The notes under the pieces are model-generated. The model was not told the origin of the DNA. It worked only from the letters and a program-made list of their open reading frames with translations, and searched no databases. A DNA stretch of 64,000 nt from Candidatus Latescibacterota bacterium. GTDB taxonomy: Bacteria > Latescibacterota > UBA2968 > UBA8231. Position 1 is the stretch's first letter, and each line of letters begins with the position of its first letter. This document shows, in pieces, positions 48,395 to 58,624 of this stretch. Both the position numbers and the translations under genes were made by a program. The stretch spans positions 2,016,001 to 2,080,000 of the forward strand of contig CBDCDC010000002.1 of NCBI GenBank assembly GCA_965215195.1. The letters are read 5' to 3'.

Positions 48395-49366
48395 ATGCAG
48401 TACAAAATTCTGGGCCGCACGGGCGTCAAAGTGTCTGCCCTGTGCTACGGCACTATGGCCTTTGGCGGCGACGCGGACGAGGCAACCTCTGGGCAGATGT
48501 ATCGCTACTGCCGCGAGTTGGGGATCAATTTCTTCGACACGGCCAATGTCTATTCCAGCGGGCGTTCCGAGGCGATCTTGGGCCGGTTGATCCAAGGCCA
48601 GCGCGACGAGTTGGTCATCACCTCGAAAGTCTGCGGCGCAATGGGCGATGGCCCCAACGACCGGGGCCTGTCGCGGCGGCACATTGTACAGGCCGTAGAG
48701 GCCAGTCTCAGGCGGTTGCAGACGGACCGCCTCGACCTGTACTTCGTCCACAACTTCGACGAAGATACGCCGATGGAAGAGACCCTTGCCGCGCTTGATG
48801 ACTTGGTGCGCGGCGGCAAAATCCTCTACCCGGCCGTGAGCAACTGGGCCGCATGGCAGATTGCCCAAGCCCTCGGCCACTGCGTCCGCGAGGGGCTGGC
48901 GCCCTTTGCGTGCATTCAGCCCATGTACAACTTGGCCAAGCGGCAAGTGGAGGTAGAAATCCTGCCGCTGGCTCGCTCAGAGGGCTTGGGCGTGATTACT
49001 TATAGCCCCTTAGGAGGCGGCTTGCTGACCGGCAAGTACGGGATCGACAAGCGACCCGAGCGGGGTCGTCTCTTGCAGCAGGACAACTACATCAAGCGCT
49101 ACGCCAATCCCGCGTTCTACGAAATCGCCGAGCGCTTCGTGCGCTATGCCGGCGACCAAGGCGTACATCCGGCGACCTTGGCCGTCGCTTGGGTCATGGG
49201 GCACCAAGACGTGACCGCGCCGATCATCGGCGGGCGCGACCTAGACCAGCTAAAGCCATCGCTGGCCGCGCTCGACTTTGCCATGTCGGCCGAGATGCGC
49301 GCCGAGGTGTCGGCGCTTTCGCTCGCACCGCCGCCAGCCACCGACCGCGACGAAGTTCAGACTTAA
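48395..49366 (+). CDS. Aldo/keto reductase
   Basis: FFDTANVYSSGRSE, SLRRLQTDRLDLY, YSPLGGGLLTGKY. Confidence 0.95.
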   Translation: MQYKILGRTGVKVSALCYGTMAFGGDADEATSGQMYRYCRELGINFFDTANVYSSGRSEAILGRLIQGQRDELVITSKVCGAMGDGPNDRGLSRRHIVQAVEASLRRLQTDRLDLYFVHNFDEDTPMEETLAALDDLVRGGKILYPAVSNWAAWQIAQALGHCVREGLAPFACIQPMYNLAKRQVEVEILPLARSEGLGVITYSPLGGGLLTGKYGIDKRPERGRLLQQDNYIKRYANPAFYEIAERFVRYAGDQGVHPATLAVAWVMGHQDVTAPIIGGRDLDQLKPSLAALDFAMSAEMRAEVSALSLAPPPATDRDEVQT

Positions 49367-49379
49367 AAGGAAAGGAACC

Positions 49380-50168
49380 ATGAGACCCAACAAGCTGCGC
49401 GAAAAGCTCAACGCCGGCGAACCCACGCTCGCCACCCACATCCACACCACTTGGCCTTCGGTCGTCGAAGCCCTAGGGCATACCGGCGAGTACGACTACG
49501 TGGAATTTGTCGCCGAGTACGGCCCCTTTGACCTGCACGACTTGGACAACCTCGCCCGGGCCGCCGAGCTATGGGACTTGGGAACGATGATCAAGGTCGA
49601 TGCTGAAAACCGCGCTTACGTGGCCCAACGGGCCATAGGATCGGGCTTCGGCAGCGTACTCTTTGCCGACGTGCGCGACCCAGACGACGCACGGGCCTGT
49701 GTGCGCTGCGTACGCGCCGACGCGCCCGGGGACGAAGGCACCTATGGGGTGGCCATGCGGCGCATCGCCTATATGAGCTATGGCGGCACCCCGGAGTACG
49801 TCCAAGCGCTGCGCGACGTGGTCGTGGTGTTGATGATCGAAAAGAAAAGTGCCGTCGCCGACTTAGAGGCCATGCTCTCGGTAGAAGGGGTCGAGATGGT
49901 CCAGTGGGGAGGGGCCGATTATTCCATGAGCGTCGGCAAGGCCGGCCAGCGCGGCGCACCGGAAATTGTCGCAGCCGAAGAAAAGGTCTTTAAGACAGCC
50001 TTGGCACTGGGCGTCCATCCACGCGCCGAAATCAACACAGCCGACGACGCCAAGCGCTTTCTCGACATGGGGGTGCGGCACTTTTGCGTTGGCACGGATA
50101 TAGCGGTGCTGTTCGGGTATTGGCGCGACCAAGGGGAAGCGATGCGGCGGGCGCTGGAGGGCGAGTAG
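49380..50168 (+). CDS. HpcH/HpaI aldolase family
   Basis: NKLREKL, LMIEK, WGGADYSMS. Confidence 0.85.
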   Translation: MRPNKLREKLNAGEPTLATHIHTTWPSVVEALGHTGEYDYVEFVAEYGPFDLHDLDNLARAAELWDLGTMIKVDAENRAYVAQRAIGSGFGSVLFADVRDPDDARACVRCVRADAPGDEGTYGVAMRRIAYMSYGGTPEYVQALRDVVVVLMIEKKSAVADLEAMLSVEGVEMVQWGGADYSMSVGKAGQRGAPEIVAAEEKVFKTALALGVHPRAEINTADDAKRFLDMGVRHFCVGTDIAVLFGYWRDQGEAMRRALEGE

Positions 50169-50367
50169 GCTAGTGCCGGTCAAGGGCCGCCGATCAAACA
50201 GGACATTATCAGGAGATTAGGCGTTGATTTTTTTGTCATAAAAAAAACCCTTAAAACGGCTCTTGTCTCAACTCACCCGACCTCGTATTAGGTCTGAGCA
50301 TCCCACTCTATGTCGATTAACTCAACGCAACATTGACAACCTAAAAATACCAACGCCGGAGTTATTT

Positions 50368-52497
50368 ATGAATAGCTTAATCTCAAGAATTTTCAAAAAA
50401 AAGACCGAGTTGCAGAAAGCCCTTGATAAGTGCTCTCACTCGGCTCGCGAAGGATACCGGGTTGCAAAGGACAACCTTGACGGAATCAAGGTCGCTATAG
50501 ACAGGGTTTCGGAGGACTTGAAACAACAACTGGCAAGCCTGAACGATGGAAACGTCCAAACCTCTGACATTGAAAAGGAGACCCAAGAACAGCTACAAAA
50601 AGTGGTTTCGGAACTCTATTCGTTGCACGAGAAACAGGTGCGCGAAATAAAAGAGAACCATGTACGGTTGGACAAATTCTCTATTGCTCTCTTTGGCCGC
50701 ACGATGACAGGTAAGTCTACGTTGATGGAGATTTTGACTAACGGCGACGGTTCGTCCATCGGCAAGGGAGGCCAGCGCACGACCCGAGATGTGCGTAGTT
50801 ATGACTGGAAAGGACTCAAAATTACCGATGTGCCCGGTATAGCCGCATTTGAGGGTCGTGAGGACGAAGAAAAGGCATTTGAGGCCGCCGCTCAATCGGA
50901 CCTCGTGCTTTTCCTCATTACTGACGATGCGCCACAGGACGAGGAAGCAAAGTGCCTTGCACGTGTTCGATCACTCGGAAAACCGATTCTAGGTATTTGC
51001 AATGTTAAAACCGCTCTCAAAAATGCGGACGATGTAAGCCTTTTTCTGAGAAGGGATTGGTTCAAACGCAGACGAAAGGCTCTCGATGTTATCGTCCGGC
51101 AGTTCCACGAGTTTGCGGAAAAATATAGTCCGGGTAGCCGAATCCGCTTTGTTTACACTCATCTGCAATCAAAATTCCTATCTCAGCAGTCCGAGTACAA
51201 GACACAACAGAGCGAATTGGAACACGCGAGCTGCTTCAACGCTGTCGAAAAGCAAGTCGTCTCGGAAGTGGTCAGCCGTGGAACATTCTTGCGCTGGAAG
51301 AGCTTCATCGATGGTGCTGTTGTTCCAATGCTTGAGTTTAGCGAAAAATTGCTGGACTTTAGTGCTCAGAACTCGTCCAGTGGCAAAGTTCTCATCGCCA
51401 AGCGTCGCCAAGTCAAGTCATGGTCTGATGGCTTTCGCAAAAGTGGCGAGGAACGCATTGATACATTCATCAACAAAGAAATGAACTCGCTACGCGCTAA
51501 AATTCCGGGATTCGCGGAAGACAACTATGAGGCACAAGATGCTGGCAAGCGCTGGAATCGCTTAGTCAAGAATCAAGGCATAGAGCGAAAGGCAGAAAAA
51601 CTTGTCGATCAAATCCAGAATGAATGTAAATACGAACTGTCAGAGATCGGACGGCAACTTAAATCCGAACTGAATTTCGTCGATAAATTTGCTGGAGACC
51701 GCAGGATTAGCATGGACTCTATATTCGATGCAAAACGCGCTTGGAATTGGGGGATCGGACTTCTTTCTGGCGGGCTTGGTATTGCTGCTGCCATCCTTGC
51801 CAGCGGTCCTCTTGGCTGGATTGCGGCAGGAGTTGGATTGCTAGGGAGGTTCTTTTCTTGGCTTTTTGAGGACAGAGAGGAGAAGGCGAGAAAACAACGC
51901 AAGAAGCTCGAAAGCAAGCTCAAAAGTAATGTCAGCAAGATAGAACGTAACCTCCAAAAGGAACTTGGTGATTGGTTCGACCAAGACCTTCTCAAAAAGC
52001 AAGTCAATGTCCTTCTCCGAGACTTTCAGCCGATCATATCGAGCACTTTAGAACTGGCAGATAGGCAGAGGGACTTGGCTTGGAGAATCAACAAGCAGCA
52101 GAAAGAATTGCACCGCACTTTGCTCAACGAAGCGCTTGAGCAGCTTGGACACAGAGATAGTGGGAACCTCATATTGGATGTAGCGCGAACCCCTGGACTG
52201 GCGATCATGCTGCTGATTGAGCCTAAGACTACATTCCCAGAGGATGTGCGTAGGGATCTGAAGAAGATGCTTGGAGAAAATATCTGGTTTGTAGTCAATA
52301 CTCGCTACAAGAAATCAATTCTGTCCCAAGCCATTGGACGCGACTGTGATCCGAGCAAAGTCAGTATTGAATCAAAAATTCAAGTCGCACATGTGCCTGT
52401 AGGACAACTCGATGCGGTTGGTATCTCGCGAATACAACTCGCGCAGCAGTTGACCGAACTGCATGTCATGAAATCACAAGGAAGAAGTAACCAATGA
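50368..52497 (+). CDS. Dynamin-like GTPase, LeoB/LeoBC-like
   Basis: N-terminal coiled coil; GRTMTGKS, TT, DVPG, NVK; hydrophobic GLLSGGLGIAAAILASGPLGWIAAG segment. Confidence 0.78.
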   Translation: MNSLISRIFKKKTELQKALDKCSHSAREGYRVAKDNLDGIKVAIDRVSEDLKQQLASLNDGNVQTSDIEKETQEQLQKVVSELYSLHEKQVREIKENHVRLDKFSIALFGRTMTGKSTLMEILTNGDGSSIGKGGQRTTRDVRSYDWKGLKITDVPGIAAFEGREDEEKAFEAAAQSDLVLFLITDDAPQDEEAKCLARVRSLGKPILGICNVKTALKNADDVSLFLRRDWFKRRRKALDVIVRQFHEFAEKYSPGSRIRFVYTHLQSKFLSQQSEYKTQQSELEHASCFNAVEKQVVSEVVSRGTFLRWKSFIDGAVVPMLEFSEKLLDFSAQNSSSGKVLIAKRRQVKSWSDGFRKSGEERIDTFINKEMNSLRAKIPGFAEDNYEAQDAGKRWNRLVKNQGIERKAEKLVDQIQNECKYELSEIGRQLKSELNFVDKFAGDRRISMDSIFDAKRAWNWGIGLLSGGLGIAAAILASGPLGWIAAGVGLLGRFFSWLFEDREEKARKQRKKLESKLKSNVSKIERNLQKELGDWFDQDLLKKQVNVLLRDFQPIISSTLELADRQRDLAWRINKQQKELHRTLLNEALEQLGHRDSGNLILDVARTPGLAIMLLIEPKTTFPEDVRRDLKKMLGENIWFVVNTRYKKSILSQAIGRDCDPSKVSIESKIQVAHVPVGQLDAVGISRIQLAQQLTELHVMKSQGRSNQ

Positions 52498-54215
52498 AAA
52501 CTTTAGAACTTCAGCAATGGACCCAAAAAGGGCAGGCACTAATCGAGAAAGCCGAAAAGGTTCTCAAAGATGCACCTTTTGGCAAAGTACGAGAGCTTGC
52601 CCAACGGGTTCCGAGAGAAGTTGCACCGCCTGGTAAAGCTGTTCATGTAGTCTTTGCCGGCCAATACAGTGCAGGTAAGTCTTCAATTCTCAAGGTTATG
52701 ACGGGACGCGAGGACATAAAAGTTGGGGCCGATATTACGACTCAACAGGTGCAACAGCTCGACTGGAACGGCATCAAGGTGATAGACACACCGGGCGTCC
52801 ATACGGAGATACGCCCCGACCACGACAAAATAACGTACGAGGCGATCAGTAAAGCCGACCTTTTGGTCTTTGTTGTCACCAACGAACTATTTGACGCCCA
52901 TATCGCGGGGCATTTCAGGAAACTCGCTATTGAGCGGGGAAAAGCCCACGAGATGCTGTTGGTCGTCAACAAGATGCAACGACATGCCGAGGGAAATACA
53001 CCAGCGGCGCAGGACGTGATTCGGGAAGATGTCCGAAAAGTCCTCGTACCGTTCACCCCGGAACAGCTTCGCCTGTCTTTTGTGGATGCCGAGGCTGCGC
53101 TTGAGGCCCGTGCAGAGCAAGACGAAGAATTCCGCAGAATCTTCCACAAGAGAAGTGGTTTTGACGACTTCTTCGATAGTTTCAATGCGTTCGTGGAAGA
53201 GAAGAGACTCGCCGCACGTTATACAACATCACTCTATACGCTCGAACAGGTGCTTCAAGAGGCCCTCGCTGCTGAGTCGAGCGATGATGTCGATGTGGAT
53301 GCCTTGCAAGAATTGCTTAATCAGCAAAGACGTGCATTAGTGAATGGTAAGGCACAGCTTTCGCAGGCAGCGGAAAGTAAGATCCAACAGACAGTATCCA
53401 AGATTCGGGAGGAAGGACGAAAGGCTGCCGACCTAATTCGCGAAGGTGCCGACTCAGAGGCTGTCAATCGGCAATTAACGGCTGCCCAAGAGCGCACTGC
53501 AACACAGGCGGACGAGCTGTCGGGTCTCATTGAAAAAACGATGGAAGAGGGTATCGGCGATCTCGGTAAGCGGGTGGGGCAAATCGCGGAGAGCGAATTA
53601 GCCAAAGAGTTGCTGTCGAGACTTAGAGAAAGAATCCAAGGTCTCGATATTGATCCAGCGACGTCGTCTAACATGAGACAAGTTGGAGATATGACCCGCC
53701 GACTTGGGAGGTTCCTCGTAAAAAATTCGTTTACCTCCACAACCGCGACCTTCTCTGATCTGTTCAAACTCAACCAGTATTCGGGCACAGCAACTCACGG
53801 CATGGTTAAATCCATTGGTCACTTCTTTGGGAAGTCCTTTAAGCCGTGGGAGGCGGTAAAGTGGACGCGTAACATCGCAAATGCGGCTCGGGGTTTGGCC
53901 GTAGTAGGCACTGTTGTGAGCATTGTGGCTCAGATCAAAGAAGACGCCGATGCTGCCAAGCTAGAACAGGACTTGCGCGAAGGCCGGGCGGAGGTGCGGG
54001 CGGGATTTGATGAAGCCGCCCACGCAGTTGAACTCCATTACGATAAAGCGACTGACACTTATGTGGATCAAACCATCGGCAAGCGCATTGCGAAGATAGA
54101 TGAGGAACTTGAAGAACTCAGAAACATGCAGGAATCCCGCAGCGGTCTCTTCCAAGAACTCAATGGTTTGTTAGAAGATACTAGGGGACTTATTGCGGAA
54201 ATGCACTCGTCGTAA
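52494..54215 (+). CDS. Dynamin-like GTPase, LeoA/HP0731-like
   Basis: GQYSAGKS, DTPG, NKMQ, FKPWEAVK; ATGA-coupled to the upstream GTPase. Confidence 0.8.
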   Translation: MKTLELQQWTQKGQALIEKAEKVLKDAPFGKVRELAQRVPREVAPPGKAVHVVFAGQYSAGKSSILKVMTGREDIKVGADITTQQVQQLDWNGIKVIDTPGVHTEIRPDHDKITYEAISKADLLVFVVTNELFDAHIAGHFRKLAIERGKAHEMLLVVNKMQRHAEGNTPAAQDVIREDVRKVLVPFTPEQLRLSFVDAEAALEARAEQDEEFRRIFHKRSGFDDFFDSFNAFVEEKRLAARYTTSLYTLEQVLQEALAAESSDDVDVDALQELLNQQRRALVNGKAQLSQAAESKIQQTVSKIREEGRKAADLIREGADSEAVNRQLTAAQERTATQADELSGLIEKTMEEGIGDLGKRVGQIAESELAKELLSRLRERIQGLDIDPATSSNMRQVGDMTRRLGRFLVKNSFTSTTATFSDLFKLNQYSGTATHGMVKSIGHFFGKSFKPWEAVKWTRNIANAARGLAVVGTVVSIVAQIKEDADAAKLEQDLREGRAEVRAGFDEAAHAVELHYDKATDTYVDQTIGKRIAKIDEELEELRNMQESRSGLFQELNGLLEDTRGLIAEMHSS

Positions 54216-54244
54216 GCGAGTTAATACGGGAGTACGCTCTCCAC

Positions 54245-54330
54245 AAGAAGGCTCAGGTCCCACTTGCAGGACCTGAGCCTTCTTATGGACCTTTGCTTAT
54301 GGGCCCCGCCCTTGCCCGGCGGGCCTTTTT
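54245..54330. terminator. Two hairpins between convergent genes
   Basis: 16-bp perfect stem aagaaggctcaggtcc/ggacctgagccttctt (54245-54284); GC stem followed by T run at 54302-54330. Confidence 0.75.
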
Positions 54331-54333
54331 ATT

Positions 54334-55116
54334 TTACCGCCTCCAGACGCTCGTCCGCAGCCCTTCGATGCCTTCGGACAAGGCGCGGCGATAGAGCCAC
54401 AAGTCGCCGCCATACGCTATGCAGCGGAAGCCTCGGCGCAGCATCTCCGTTCCTTCCTCGATGGTATTGACCAAGTAGCCAGCGGCTTTGCCTTGGCGCT
54501 CGCAGGCCGCGACGACGCGGTCGAGGGCGGCGGTGAATTCGGGGTGGTCAAACTGCCCGGGAAGCCCCAAGAAGTTGCTCAAGTCAAACCCCCCTATCCA
54601 CAGCACATCAATCCCTTCTACGGCGGCAATGCGATCGACGTTTTCGAGCCCAGGGCGGTTTTCGATCTGAGCGATTAGCAGGCCCTCGGCGTTGGCGTGT
54701 TCGATCTTGCCGACGATGGCGCCTTGGGCGAAGTGGTCGTGGGCGATTTGAAAAGCTGCGCCGCGCTGGCCAATGGGCGGGTACTTACCCGACTGCACGA
54801 TGACCTCGGTCTGCTGCGCGTCGCTAATCATCGGCACCATGACGCCGCGGGCCCCGACGTCGAGGACGCGGGCGATGAAGTGGTATTGGGTCGCCGGCAC
54901 CCGCACCAAAGGCTCAATGTGATCGGCATTGGTAGTGGCAATCAGGTCGCGCACCGTCTCGACGCTCCAGCCGGTGTGCTCCATGTCGTACATAATGAAT
55001 TCGGCACCAGCTTCGGCAGAGAGACGGGCAATGCCCGGGGTACAAAACTCAAAGGTCATAGTGCCAATGACCGTGCCGCCCTCTTTGAGGGTGCGTTTGA
55101 CTTTGTTGGGTTTCAT
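54334..55116 (-). CDS. HpcH/HpaI aldolase (2-keto-3-deoxy sugar-acid aldolase-like)
   Basis: DMEH, LVRVP, KYPPIGQRG, AQIE, GGFDLS. Confidence 0.9.
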   Translation of the reverse strand: MKPNKVKRTLKEGGTVIGTMTFEFCTPGIARLSAEAGAEFIMYDMEHTGWSVETVRDLIATTNADHIEPLVRVPATQYHFIARVLDVGARGVMVPMISDAQQTEVIVQSGKYPPIGQRGAAFQIAHDHFAQGAIVGKIEHANAEGLLIAQIENRPGLENVDRIAAVEGIDVLWIGGFDLSNFLGLPGQFDHPEFTAALDRVVAACERQGKAAGYLVNTIEEGTEMLRRGFRCIAYGGDLWLYRRALSEGIEGLRTSVWRR

Positions 55117-56156
55117 CCGATAGCTCGATAGCGATTCAGTTTTTCTTTAAGACGGGAGTGCTCGGCAGCTTGGGGGTTGACGAGGTGCTGGGGCAGGCGA
55201 CCGGAGGCCACCGCTAGGATGCTGCGGCAGGCACTGCGGCCGATGAGGCGGAAGCACTCGTCGGTCCAGCAAAGCCCGTGCGGGGCGACGATGGTCTGGT
55301 CGGTGAGTGCCAGCACCGGCTCGTCCTGGGGTACAGGCTCTGTTTCAAAGACGTCGAGGCCGGCACCGGCGATCTGCCCCCGTTGGAGGGCGCGGGTGAG
55401 TGCTTGCTGATCGACGATGGGGCCACGGGCCGCGTTGATGAGGTAGGCGTTTTCCTTCATCAGTGCGAGCTCGCGCTCGCCGATGAGGTGATGGGTCTCT
55501 TCGGTGAGCGCACAGCAGATGCAGACGTAGTCTGCGCGTTGCAGCAACTGGTCGAGCGCGACCAGTTCCGCCCCAGCAGCGTGCGCCTGTGCAGCATCGA
55601 CAAAAGGGTCGGCGGCAATGCAGCGGATGCCAAAGGGCTTGGCTAAGGTGCAGATCTCGCGGCCGATATTCCCTAGGCCGACCAGTCCCAGCGTGCGACC
55701 CGTGACGCCCATGCCCATGTAGTCGAGGCGCTCGTTCCAACGCCCTTCGCGCACCAAGCGGTCCTTGGCCAGCATCTTGTGGCTAAGGGCCAAGAGGTAC
55801 GTCAGCGCCATGACCGCCACTGGCCGGCGCACGCCGTCGGGGGTGATCGTCAAGAGCACGCCCCGCTCATTGCAAGCCGCGACGTCGACGCTGTCGTAGC
55901 CGACGCCGAAGCGGGCGACGATCGCCAGCTTATCTGCTCCTTGCAAGGTCTCGGCGCTAATTATGGAAGCGAGAACCAGCAGGCCATCGTAGCCGCGGAT
56001 CTGGTCGGGGCGCAGTTCGGTGGTATTTTCCGCTAAAAACTCCCACTCGACCGTTGGGGATTCGTCGAGCAGGTCGAGACCAATATCGCCGAAGCCGAGG
56101 GTGCCGTCGGCCTTGAGAAAGTCCCGGGTGACGCCTATGCGAAAGGTTGTAGCCAT
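55113..56156 (-). CDS. D-isomer-specific 2-hydroxyacid dehydrogenase
   Basis: GVGYDSVD, GLVGLGNIG, INAARGPIVD, LDVFETEP, APH. Confidence 0.92.
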   Translation of the reverse strand: MATTFRIGVTRDFLKADGTLGFGDIGLDLLDESPTVEWEFLAENTTELRPDQIRGYDGLLVLASIISAETLQGADKLAIVARFGVGYDSVDVAACNERGVLLTITPDGVRRPVAVMALTYLLALSHKMLAKDRLVREGRWNERLDYMGMGVTGRTLGLVGLGNIGREICTLAKPFGIRCIAADPFVDAAQAHAAGAELVALDQLLQRADYVCICCALTEETHHLIGERELALMKENAYLINAARGPIVDQQALTRALQRGQIAGAGLDVFETEPVPQDEPVLALTDQTIVAPHGLCWTDECFRLIGRSACRSILAVASGRLPQHLVNPQAAEHSRLKEKLNRYRAIG

Positions 56157-56353
56157 GGCGACAAACAAGATACGGCCTGATGGGCAGCTATCAAGGGGAG
56201 AGTCGGCTGTATAGGGCAGGAATCACATTGTCTGCCATTCGATACAGAAAAGGGCGACACAACAACGACCCCGCCAGAGAAAAAAGGTGGTCCGCATTTT
56301 GCTTATCCATTCCTATCGCTTACTTTTAACCCCACTTGAGGAGCCATAGTGTG

Positions 56354-56941
56354 ATGACCCCTGAAATATCTGAGATAACCACCCGCGACGTGTTGCAGCA
56401 GATCAACCGCCGCTTGGAGCTGATTGAAAGCGACGTGCGAGTCGTCAGTGAGAAGTTAGATGTGTCGGCTCAGACCCTGCGCGATGAGAATGCCGCGTCG
56501 TATCGGAGCCTGAATGAGAAATGGGATGCGTCGGTTCAGACCCTGCACGAGAAAATCGACACCTCGGCTCAGGGGCTGGATGAGAAGCGAGAAGCATCGG
56601 CTCAGACCCTGCACGAGAAAATCGACACCTCGGTTCAGACGCTGCGCGATGAGAATGCCGCGTCGTATCGGAGCCTGAATGAGAAGTGGGATGCGTCGGT
56701 TCAGACGCTACGCGATGAGAGCGCCGCATCGGTTCAGACCCTGCACGAGAAAATCGACACCTCGGCTCAGGGGCTGGATGAGAAGCGAGAAGCATCGGCT
56801 CAGACGCTAAATGATAAGATCGACACGTCGGTTCAAAAGCTCCACGAGAAGATCGACACCTATTTCCGCTGGACCATCGGCATCGTACTCGCTAGCTGGT
56901 TGTCCACCATGGGCGCGATCCTGTTCAAGGGATCCTTGTAG
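56354..56941 (+). CDS. Coiled-coil protein of 11-aa repeats with C-terminal TM (DUF1640/Bdr-like architecture)
   Basis: About 12 units of the SxQTLHEKIDT type; FRWTIGIVLASWL TM; GAGGAG RBS. Confidence 0.75.
   Translation: MTPEISEITTRDVLQQINRRLELIESDVRVVSEKLDVSAQTLRDENAASYRSLNEKWDASVQTLHEKIDTSAQGLDEKREASAQTLHEKIDTSVQTLRDENAASYRSLNEKWDASVQTLRDESAASVQTLHEKIDTSAQGLDEKREASAQTLNDKIDTSVQKLHEKIDTYFRWTIGIVLASWLSTMGAILFKGSL
56466..56860 (+). repeat. Coding 33-bp tandem repeat with higher-order block duplication
   Basis: tcggctcagaccctgcacgagaaaatcgacacc-like units; multi-unit blocks recur. Confidence 0.85.
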
Positions 56942-56988
56942 CCGACCCTTTCTCCCAACTCCTGCGATCACCTGCACATACCGCCTCG

Positions 56989-58515
56989 CTAGTCGTGCCG
57001 CAGCTCCTCGCGCTCCATCCACAAGCGCAAGATGCGCGGCGATTGCCGCAGATAGTAGAGATAGGGCCGGTCCTGCCAATGCTTTTTGGCGGTGCGCTTG
57101 TTGTCGTGCGGGTGCATGTTGTACTTCCCCCGATAATCGACGACGGTCTTTTTGTGGTTGTCGAGGGCAATGGTCAGAACGCGCTGCGGCAGCTTGGCCG
57201 GGTAGGTTAGCTGCATCGACCACACCGATCGCTCGCCCTCCGAGCAACGCCGGGCATACGAGGCGGCGCAGTGGTGCATGACGCGCCCTTCGGCTAGCAG
57301 GTCGAGCGCGGTGCGCAACTCGCGTATCGACCATCGGACGCGCTCGCCCGAGAATGCGTCTTCTTCCTCCCACTCGAATCCGCGAAAGCCAGACGTCTCC
57401 CACGCCTCTTCCTCGCCGAGGGCGTAGTCGTCGGCGTTGAGGTCGCCGTGCCACTCGTCGACCAAGCGCAGCAGCTTGGTGATGCTGCGGCCTTTCATCG
57501 AGAAGTTGGGCTGAGCCGGCGGCCCCTCAATGAGCTGGCCGTTGGGGCCGGGCAACTGCTGGGGCACGAACTTCTGGTAGTGGATATAATCGACAATTGG
57601 GCCGATGTAGGTGGGTTCCAGCATGGGTTGGTTGGCAAAAAAGAGCATCACCGTCTCCCAGAACGGCTCGTCTCGCTGGTAGTCCTTCAGCCGCGTGGAT
57701 AAAACGGCCCAATGCGTGCGTCCGCGTCCACCCATGCCGGCGAATTGCGCCCAGCGCAGGGCGCGCGCAATCGGCCAGTGCCGATTGGCGGTGGGAAAAA
57801 CGTGCGCCATGCGCTTGGTCAGCCGCAGCGGCAGATCGGCCTTGCGGATGTTCTGGCCGATGCCGATGTGCTTGAACCACTCCTGCTCGCGGTGCGCGGT
57901 CGAAAGGTCTCCTTGGAGGAAAGCGGTGTCCATAAAGGGCGGCACCTCGTAGCGGGCCAGCAGATGCCGAGTGAGGCTGCGAAACTGCGCCCGAGGGTTG
58001 AGGAGGTCGGTGCGCCACTCCTCGACGGGCCGCAGCCAGTCGCCGTAGTGGCGGGCGAGTTGACCGAGCGCGTCCTCGTAGTTGTTGCCCTCTTCGCGCG
58101 TCCGATTGAGGAATCCCGTTTTGAGGCCGAGGAGGTCGGCGCGTCGCTCTACGTGCTTGAGCAGGCGGTAGAGAGCTTGACGGCACTTGGAGTCTTCGGC
58201 CGCGGCAAAGAGCGCGACGAGTTTCCGGCTGAGCGGATACGTCTCATCCGGGGGGATTTCGCTGCGGAAGGCCCGGTCAATGAGGCGGGCGCGTCCCGGG
58301 GTGTGGCCGCGGCCAGGGTGCGGCGCGACCGGCCGCAAGGTGTCGGCGGCGAGCTGGCGCTCCATTGCGAGCTGGCTCTCGGTTTTGTCGCGCTGGATCG
58401 CTAGGCCGTTTTTGCGGCACCAAATGATATAGCTCGAAAGGGACGGGAAGCCGAGCGTTGCGGCGTAGTGCCGGAGGGCGTCGTCAAACGCTGGGCGGGC
58501 CGATGCAGTCGTCAT
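56989..58515 (-). CDS. PcfJ-domain protein
   Basis: ELRTALDLLAEGRVMHHCAASY, LLRLVDEWH, ARYEVPPFMD. Confidence 0.8.
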   Translation of the reverse strand: MTTASARPAFDDALRHYAATLGFPSLSSYIIWCRKNGLAIQRDKTESQLAMERQLAADTLRPVAPHPGRGHTPGRARLIDRAFRSEIPPDETYPLSRKLVALFAAAEDSKCRQALYRLLKHVERRADLLGLKTGFLNRTREEGNNYEDALGQLARHYGDWLRPVEEWRTDLLNPRAQFRSLTRHLLARYEVPPFMDTAFLQGDLSTAHREQEWFKHIGIGQNIRKADLPLRLTKRMAHVFPTANRHWPIARALRWAQFAGMGGRGRTHWAVLSTRLKDYQRDEPFWETVMLFFANQPMLEPTYIGPIVDYIHYQKFVPQQLPGPNGQLIEGPPAQPNFSMKGRSITKLLRLVDEWHGDLNADDYALGEEEAWETSGFRGFEWEEEDAFSGERVRWSIRELRTALDLLAEGRVMHHCAASYARRCSEGERSVWSMQLTYPAKLPQRVLTIALDNHKKTVVDYRGKYNMHPHDNKRTAKKHWQDRPYLYYLRQSPRILRLWMEREELRHD

Positions 58516-58624
58516 GGGCACTTTCCTGAGAAGGGCTAAGAAGTAAAAGGCGCGGAAAGAGCGTAATCATGTCAACGAGAAAATTTAAGAGCGGCCTCGT
58601 CCGTTTTGATTTTGCGGCAAGGCA

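Noticed and set aside
56466-56860. 33-bp repeats as a non-coding array
   Set aside because: In frame within an ORF that has an RBS and a C-terminal TM; these are coding repeats.
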